From: Candidatus Electronema halotolerans
GTDB lineage: Bacteria > Desulfobacterota > Desulfobulbia > Desulfobulbales > Desulfobulbaceae
NCBI GenBank assembly: GCA_942493095.1
Contig: OW818675.1
Span: 420,001 to 452,000, forward strand
DNA length: 32,000 nucleotides
Reading direction: 5' to 3'
Part shown: positions 26,137-32,000 of the stretch, in pieces
How positions within the stretch are numbered: position 1 is the stretch's first letter
Layout: each line of letters starts with the position of its first letter
Made by a program: the position numbers and the translations under genes
Notes under the pieces: generated by a model
The model's input: the letters and a program-made list of their open reading frames with translations, nothing else
Databases searched by the model: none
Told to the model about the DNA's origin: nothing

Positions 26137-27008
26137 CTGCTGCCGCTGACGAGAAAAGGCCGCGACGTTTCACAGAAGAGGAAACCGGCGAAGGGGCCAG
26201 AATTGAGGCCTTTCTGCATCATTTTGAGGAGACGGAGGAGGAGGAGAAAGCTCCGGTCGCCAAGATTTCCACCCGGAACCTGAATTTTTACTATGGCGGG
26301 CAGCAAGCCCTGTTTGACAACAATTTGGACATTGTCGAAGGCCGGATCACTGCCATCATCGGCCCGTCCGGCTGCGGCAAATCAACCCATATCCGCATCT
26401 ACAATCGGATATTTCAGCTCTACGGCAATCAGCGGGCTGAAGGCGAGGTGATTTTAGACGGTAAAAATCTCCTTGATTCGGGCACAAACCTGATTGAGCT
26501 GCGCCGCCGGGTGGGGATGATCTTTCAGAAGCCGACTCCGTTTCCGCTCAGTGTCTTTGAAAATGTGGCCTACGGCCTGCGCCTGCACTTCAAGATGCCC
26601 AAAAGCGAGCTGAATGGCCGAGTGGAATCAGCTCTGAAAAAGGCGGCCCTGTTTGAGGAAGTGAAAGACAAGCTGGACCAGCCCGGCATCGCCCTGTCCG
26701 GCGGCCAGCAGCAGCGGCTCTGCATTGCCCGCACCATTGCCTTGGAGCCGGAAATCCTGCTCATGGACGAGCCGACCTCAGCCATTGATCCGGTCGCCAC
26801 CCGCAAGGTCGAGGAGCTGGCCGAGGAGCTGAAGGGCAATTTCACCATCGCCATTGTCACCCACAGCATGCAGCAGGCGGCCCGCATCTCCGATTACACC
26901 GCTTTTTTCTACAAAGGCGAAATCGTTGAATACGGCCTGACCAAGGAGCTGTTCACCAATCCCAAGCAGAAACAGACAGAAGACTACATCACAGGCCGCT
27001 TTGGCTGA
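26133..27008 (+). CDS. pstB: Phosphate ABC transporter ATP-binding protein PstB
   Basis: [12 protein letters not shown], Walker [35 protein letters not shown], and C-terminal [10 protein letters not shown]. Unusual acidic extension of about 45 aa at the N-terminus. Confidence 0.9.
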   Translation: MTAAADEKRPRRFTEEETGEGARIEAFLHHFEETEEEEKAPVAKISTRNLNFYYGGQQALFDNNLDIVEGRITAIIGPSGCGKSTHIRIYNRIFQLYGNQRAEGEVILDGKNLLDSGTNLIELRRRVGMIFQKPTPFPLSVFENVAYGLRLHFKMPKSELNGRVESALKKAALFEEVKDKLDQPGIALSGGQQQRLCIARTIALEPEILLMDEPTSAIDPVATRKVEELAEELKGNFTIAIVTHSMQQAARISDYTAFFYKGEIVEYGLTKELFTNPKQKQTEDYITGRFG

Positions 27009-27024
27009 TCAGGGGAGAAACACT

Positions 27025-27504
27025 ATGGCGGCGCAAAAAAAATCAGTGCTCTTTGTCTGCGTGCATAATTCAGCCCGCAGCCAGATGGCGGCAGCCTTTC
27101 TCAAGCAGATGGCTGGAGACCGGTTTGCTGTGGCCAGCGCAGGTTTGGAGGCTGGCAGTCTCAATCCTTTGGCTGTGGAGGCCATGACCGAAGTCGGCAT
27201 TGACATCAGCCGGAATGCGACAAGCGATGTCTTTGACCTGCTCAGGCAGGAAAAAACATTTGACTATGTGATCACAGTCTGCGATGATGTGTCGGAAGAA
27301 CGCTGCCCGCTCTTTCCGGGCCGGGCCGAGCGGCTGCACTGGAGTTTCGCTGATCCGGTCAAGCTCACTGGCAGCCCGGAAGAGCGGATGAAGGAAATAC
27401 GTTTGATCCGGGAGCAGATTCGGCAGCGGGTCGCCTGGTTTCTTGAAGAACGAAAAATTTTCCCGGCTGCACTGCGGGATGCGCAGGGAGAACAACGAGC
27501 ATGA
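27025..27504 (+). CDS. arsC: LMW-PTPase-fold arsenate reductase (thioredoxin-type ArsC) or phosphatase
   Basis: [15 protein letters not shown] (CX5R P-loop) and VITVCDD..CP second and third cysteines. GGGGAGA RBS before the ATG at 27025. Confidence 0.75.
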   Translation: MAAQKKSVLFVCVHNSARSQMAAAFLKQMAGDRFAVASAGLEAGSLNPLAVEAMTEVGIDISRNATSDVFDLLRQEKTFDYVITVCDDVSEERCPLFPGRAERLHWSFADPVKLTGSPEERMKEIRLIREQIRQRVAWFLEERKIFPAALRDAQGEQRA

Positions 27505-28157
27505 TTTTGCATCGGCAAATCCAGAAAATAAAAAGACGGCTGCTTGCCATCGGCGCAATCGTTGAGGAGCAGGTTGATCTGGCTGTCAAAAGCATAGTCA
27601 GCCGCGACAAGACACTGGCTCAGAAGGTCATCAGCCGCGATGTGGAGATCGACCTGATGGAGGTTGATCTGGAAGAGGAATGCTTGAATGTGCTGGCCCT
27701 GCATCAGCCAATGGCGGTCGATCTGCGCATCGTCATCGCAGTGCTCAAGATCAACAACGATCTGGAGCGGATCGGCGATCTGGCTGTCGATGCCACAGAA
27801 CGGGCTGTGGTCCTGATCGAGCAGGAGCCGGTCGAATTTCCTTTCGATTTTGACCTGATGTCCAAAGCGGTGCAGAAGATGCTCCGTGACTGCTTGGACG
27901 CGCTGATCAACTTGGACATGGACTTGGCTGTCAAGGTGTGCAGTTCCGATGATGCGGTGGATGCCATGCACGCCTCGGTCTTCAGCAAGGTGGCTCAAGA
28001 AGTGGTCCGGCAGCCTGAGCATGTTGACCAGCTCCTGACCTATCTGAGCGTGTCCCGCTATCTGGAGCGGATCGCTGACCACACCACCAATATTGCCGAA
28101 GATGTCATCTATTTGGTCAAAGGCAATATTGTCCGCCATCAGGACGAAATCATCTGA
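27501..28157 (+). CDS. phoU: Phosphate signalling complex protein PhoU
   Basis: Two PhoU repeats with NNDLERIGDLA and SRYLERIADHTTNIAEDVIY. ATGA overlap with arsC. Confidence 0.9.
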   Translation: MILHRQIQKIKRRLLAIGAIVEEQVDLAVKSIVSRDKTLAQKVISRDVEIDLMEVDLEEECLNVLALHQPMAVDLRIVIAVLKINNDLERIGDLAVDATERAVVLIEQEPVEFPFDFDLMSKAVQKMLRDCLDALINLDMDLAVKVCSSDDAVDAMHASVFSKVAQEVVRQPEHVDQLLTYLSVSRYLERIADHTTNIAEDVIYLVKGNIVRHQDEII

Positions 28158-28168
28158 ACCTGCTTACC

Positions 28169-28200
28169 GGCGTTCATTCATACCGGAATGAACGCCGTTT
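28169..28200 (+). terminator. Rho-independent terminator-like hairpin after phoU
   Basis: GGCGTTCATTC-ataccg-GAATGAACGCC (11-bp stem) followed by GTTT. Confidence 0.55.
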
Positions 28201-28452
28201 CCACGCCTCCCTCCATATCATGTTCTGCTGCAATAGGAGTTACGCAGTTGACTTTATAACTCATTGATTTTATTCAACTGGCAGGTTATGCAGCCAAAGG
28301 TCAACTTGCTGTGATGATTGAATTTCTGTTTTAAACTGCGTAGGTGCTGATAAAGTCATGCGTTTGCCCTGCTTGGGCACCCCAGCCCTGCCAACGCCAA
28401 AACATTTCCTTCAACCTGCCTGGAGCACCGCTTCAGGGCATCTTGCAGCATT

Positions 28453-31107
28453 ATGGAAGTTATCTGCATTATTGCTGGCGGCATTCTTGGCACATGGATG
28501 CTGCTTGGCTGGCTGCTGGCCCGAAGCAGCCGCCAGAGCCACAGGCTGACCCGCTTGGAGCAGCGGCTCCGGGAGATGGAACAGGTGCTGTTCGAGGAGG
28601 AGGCAGAGCAGGAGCCGGTCAAGGCTGAGAAGCCGCTGGCAGCTCCTTCTCCTGTCTTCAGGAAGACCGAGCCGGAACAGGAGCCAGTGCTTCCTGTTCA
28701 AGAAGCGATTGCTCCCATCCCTAAACCTCCTCCAGCAGCGGCGAAACCCACCGAAGTAAAACTCCCTGTCCCGCCTTCCTTTGATGAGCGAATCACCGCC
28801 AAGGTAAAAGCCTTTTTCACGGAAGGCAATGTTGTTCTCCGCGTCGGCCTGCTGGTGCTCTTCTTTGGCGTGGCTTTTCTCCTCAAATATGCTGCTGACC
28901 GGGGCGTGCTCCCAATTGAGCTGCGCCTGCTCGGTGTGGCACTGGGAGGCATGGCCCTGCTCGGCTTTGGCTGGCAGCAGCGCACGAGCAAGCCCGGTTT
29001 TGCCCTGCTCGCTCAAGGCGGCGGCATTGGCATCATCTATCTGACCGTCTTTGCCGCCTTCAAGATTTACGAGCTGCTGCCCTCGCCATTAACCTTTGTC
29101 CTGATGCTGGGACTGGTCGCCGCCTCCACTGCTCTTGCCCTGCTCCAAGATTCCAGCCCGATGGCCCTGTTCGGCGCGGCAGGCGGCTTTCTCGCCCCAG
29201 TGCTGCTCTCTGACGGCAGCGGCAATCATGTCGCCCTGTTCAGCTACTATGCCCTGCTCAACTCCGGCATTCTTGCGGTCTCGTGGTTCCGGGCCTGGCG
29301 CAGCCTGAACCTGCTCGGCTTCATCTTCACCCTTGGCATTGGCGCGGCCTGGGGCCTGCACAGCTACCAGCCCCAGCATTTCGCCACTGCCGAGCCGTTC
29401 CTGATTCTCTTCTTTCTGATGTTCAACGCCATTGGCGTGCTCTTCGCCTTCCGCCAGCCGCCCAATCTGCGCGGCTATGTTGACGGCACCCTGATTTTCG
29501 GCACGCCGGTGATCTGCTTCTCCCTCCAAGCCGGGATGGTGCATGACATGCCGCATGGCCTCGCCTTCAGCGCGCTGGCCATGAGCATCTTTTACATCGT
29601 GCTGGCCAGATGGCTGTGGAACCAAGGCAACGAGCGGCTGCGGCAAGGGATGCGCACCCTGACCGAAGCCTTTCTCGCCCTTGGCGTGGTCTTTGTCACC
29701 TTGGCCGTGCCGCTGGCCCTGAGCGGACGCTGGACTGCCGTGACCTGGGCAATGGAGGGCGCGGCCTTGGTCTGGGTCGGCATCAGGCAGCACCGCTTTC
29801 TCGCCCGCAGCAGCGGCTTCCTGCTTCAGTTCGGCGCAGGCCTTTTCTTCCTTGCCGGTCATCATTATCGGCTTGACCGGAGCATGGCCCTGCTCAACGG
29901 CCAATATCTCGGCGCAGCGATCATCGCCCTGTCCGCCTTCTTTGCCTCATGGCAGCTCTACAAGGCTGACAATCTGCGCCCCTGCGAACGATGGAACCAT
30001 CTGCCGCTCTTCTTCTGGGCCTGCCTCTGGTGGTTCTGCGCGGGCTTCAATGAGATTGACCGCCACGTGGACTTCCACGTTGTCAGGACGGCCAACCTTG
30101 TCTTCACCGCCCTGAGCTGCGCAGTTCTCATCCGGCTGGCGGCACGGTTGCACTGGAAGAGCGCAGCTTGGCCGAGTCTGGCCCTGCCCGTGTTCATGGC
30201 ATTCATGGCCCTTGCCATGCTCTTCTGGAGCGGACGGCTGCTGACCAACTTAGGCTGGCTGGCCTGGCCGCTGGTATTCGTGCTTCTCCATGACTGCCTG
30301 CGGCAGGGACGCGGTCTGCTCCGGCCACACTGCCTGACCATCAACCACGTCATCGGCTTCCTCCTCCTGACCTTCATGCTGGCCTCAGAAAGCGGCTGGC
30401 TGATGCGGCAGCTGGCTGGCCACAAAGGGGTGTGGAACTTGATTGTCTGGGGCCTGATCCCGGCTGGCATGATTTTGCTGGTTCACAGCCGCCGCCTGCA
30501 AGACTTCTGGCCGCTGTCAGACTATCCTGCTGCTTATCAAAAAACCGCCTCAGCCATTCTCTCCGCCCAGCTCTGCCTCTGGCTGCTGGCAGGCAGCTTT
30601 GGCAGCGCAGGCAATGCCGCGCCATTGCCCTACATTCCCCTGCTCAATCCGCTCGAACTGAGCCAGATGGCAGTAGTCCTCGTGTGTGGCTGGTGGCTGC
30701 TCCGTCACCGTGATTATGCCGCCTTGCTGCCTAAGCCGCTGCCAATCGCCGCAGGCATCAGCTTCATCTGGCTCAACACAGTCTTGGCCCGCACTGTCCA
30801 TCATTGGGCCGGAGTCTCCTTCCGTCTGGAGCCGATGCTCTCCTCCCGCATCTACCAGACTTCGCTGGCCATCCTCTGGGCTTTGCTCTCGCTGGCCCTG
30901 ATGGTGGCTGCCGACCGCAGGCAAAGCCGCAAGGTCTGGTTCGCAGGCTGCGCCCTGATCGGGGCCACGGTGCTCAAGCTCTTCCTGATTGATCTGGCCA
31001 AGAGCGGCACCGTCGAGCGGATCGTCTCCTTCATCTCAGTCGGCCTTTTGGTGATTGTGATTAGCTGGTTCTCGCCCCTGCCGCCCAAAAAGGAGGAAGC
31101 TGAATGA
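28453..31107 (+). CDS. DUF2339-type polytopic membrane protein
   Basis: 884 aa. N-terminal TM, coiled-coil and Pro-rich linker, then more than 15 hydrophobic segments. The architecture, and the pairing with a downstream DUF3999-like gene, are typical of this family. Confidence 0.65.
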   Translation: MEVICIIAGGILGTWMLLGWLLARSSRQSHRLTRLEQRLREMEQVLFEEEAEQEPVKAEKPLAAPSPVFRKTEPEQEPVLPVQEAIAPIPKPPPAAAKPTEVKLPVPPSFDERITAKVKAFFTEGNVVLRVGLLVLFFGVAFLLKYAADRGVLPIELRLLGVALGGMALLGFGWQQRTSKPGFALLAQGGGIGIIYLTVFAAFKIYELLPSPLTFVLMLGLVAASTALALLQDSSPMALFGAAGGFLAPVLLSDGSGNHVALFSYYALLNSGILAVSWFRAWRSLNLLGFIFTLGIGAAWGLHSYQPQHFATAEPFLILFFLMFNAIGVLFAFRQPPNLRGYVDGTLIFGTPVICFSLQAGMVHDMPHGLAFSALAMSIFYIVLARWLWNQGNERLRQGMRTLTEAFLALGVVFVTLAVPLALSGRWTAVTWAMEGAALVWVGIRQHRFLARSSGFLLQFGAGLFFLAGHHYRLDRSMALLNGQYLGAAIIALSAFFASWQLYKADNLRPCERWNHLPLFFWACLWWFCAGFNEIDRHVDFHVVRTANLVFTALSCAVLIRLAARLHWKSAAWPSLALPVFMAFMALAMLFWSGRLLTNLGWLAWPLVFVLLHDCLRQGRGLLRPHCLTINHVIGFLLLTFMLASESGWLMRQLAGHKGVWNLIVWGLIPAGMILLVHSRRLQDFWPLSDYPAAYQKTASAILSAQLCLWLLAGSFGSAGNAAPLPYIPLLNPLELSQMAVVLVCGWWLLRHRDYAALLPKPLPIAAGISFIWLNTVLARTVHHWAGVSFRLEPMLSSRIYQTSLAILWALLSLALMVAADRRQSRKVWFAGCALIGATVLKLFLIDLAKSGTVERIVSFISVGLLVIVISWFSPLPPKKEEAE

Positions 31108-32000
31108 AACGTCTGCTCGTTCTGTGCCTGCTGCTCATCGCCGCTCCCTGTCTTGCTGCTGATCAGCCCCTGCACCGCGAGGATTTTGCCTACAGCATGG
31201 ACCTGACGGTCAGCGGCAGAAGCGCGATCTACAGCCTGACCCTTCCAGCCGAAATTTACAAAGGCTGCACCCGCTCTGACCTTGGCGACCTGCGGGTCTT
31301 CAATGCGCACGGCCCAGTGCCGCATCTCCTGCGTCAGCCGCAAGCAAAGCAGACAGAGCAGCCTGCGCAGACCCTGCCGTTCTTCCCGCTTGCTGAATCG
31401 ACGAACACGGGCAGCAAGCCTGCCGACCTTGGCATTGCCATCGGCGGAAATGGCGCGATTATCACCTTTTCGACAGGAGGGGCAGAGCAAAAGGCGCACG
31501 CTGTGAGCACCTATCTGCTCGATGCGTCCGCCTTGGAGCACAGCCCGGACTGGCTCGAATTTGCTTGGACAGGCGGCCAGTTCTCAGCCTCGGTGCGGCT
31601 TGAGAGCAGTGATGATTTGAACAGCTGGCGGCGGCTGGTTTCTTCAGCAGCCTTGGCGGAACTGCGCTTTGGCGGCCATGATCTGCTGCGCCAGCGGATT
31701 GACCTTGGCCAAAGAACGGCGGGCAAATACCTGCGCCTCTCCTGGCCGCAGGGCAAGGACGGCATCCGCCTGACTGCGGTCAAAGCTGGGTATGCCAATG
31801 AAATCCAGAGCCAGCCCCGCGCTCTGCTGACCTTGCTCGGTCAGCCTGATTCGGCAGCAAAGCCGGGCCGAGCTGCTTGGCTCTATGAGACTGAAGGTGT
31901 CTTTCCGGCAGATCAGCTCAATATCCGCCTGCCGGAGCAGAATGCGCTGGCTGAGTTTGCCGTCTTTTCACGGGTGGATGAGCAGGCGGCATGGCGGCGC
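31104..32000 (+). CDS. DUF3999-like secreted protein (3' end outside window)
   Basis: ATGA overlap with the upstream gene. Signal peptide MKRLLVLCLLLIAAPCLAA. LGDLRVFNAHGPVPH motif. The frame is open to base 32000. Absent from the ORF track because no stop lies in the window. Confidence 0.6.
   Translation, partial: MKRLLVLCLLLIAAPCLAADQPLHREDFAYSMDLTVSGRSAIYSLTLPAEIYKGCTRSDLGDLRVFNAHGPVPHLLRQPQAKQTEQPAQTLPFFPLAESTNTGSKPADLGIAIGGNGAIITFSTGGAEQKAHAVSTYLLDASALEHSPDWLEFAWTGGQFSASVRLESSDDLNSWRRLVSSAALAELRFGGHDLLRQRIDLGQRTAGKYLRLSWPQGKDGIRLTAVKAGYANEIQSQPRALLTLLGQPDSAAKPGRAAWLYETEGVFPADQLNIRLPEQNALAEFAVFSRVDEQAAWRR

Noticed and set aside
28241-28342. 9-bp inverted repeat TACGCAGTT / AACTGCGTA flanking an 84-nt AT-rich segment upstream of the DUF2339 gene (possible MITE or structured RNA)
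   Set aside because: The repeat is short, no target duplication or second copy occurs in the window, and it could be a chance occurrence in a promoter region.

Overview
Moderately GC-rich bacterial chromosomal window with Gram-negative-type genes (Tat-like signal, Pst/PhoU, RecC). Housekeeping genes flank an accessory region at about 8.7-20.9 kb.

Housekeeping genes: RecD2-like helicase 3' end, pgm, glgX, a ferritin-like protein, recC, pstB-arsC-phoU, and a DUF2339/DUF3999 membrane pair.

Accessory region: a type III CRISPR-Cas locus with the subtype III-C gene order, cmr1-like / cmr6-like / cas10 / cmr4 / cmr5 / cmr3-like. The genes are translationally coupled by 4-8 nt overlaps. A cas6 gene lies upstream.

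The 36-nt repeat GTCACAATGACACTCCGGGGYGCCCTGGGTTATGAC occurs in four mini-arrays of 5, 3, 2 and 5 repeats, plus solo or truncated repeats. Each array has a sigma70-like promoter whose -10 element lies 10-11 nt upstream of repeat 1.

Notable observations:
- cas10 is cleanly split by an intact IS1-family element with an 8-bp target duplication. Removing it in silico restores one roughly 1010-aa ORF.
- By eye, that Cas10 keeps an HD motif and a zinc finger but has degenerate Palm/cyclase motifs (APQD in place of GGDD).
- cmr5 (Cas11) carries an internal tandem duplication.
- A vapBC module sits between two arrays, and its antitoxin ATG lies inside a truncated repeat.
- A 5' fragment of cas6 is duplicated as a pseudogene.
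- A 28-nt REP-like palindrome family (GTAGGGGC...GCCCCTAC) has 7 copies. Three of them directly cap CRISPR array ends.
- An uncharacterised 488-aa protein with a C-terminal TM hairpin lies between the last array and recC.

No cas1/cas2, CARF or other known cOA effector genes, rRNA or tRNA genes were seen. All family calls come from motif recognition by eye, not from searches.
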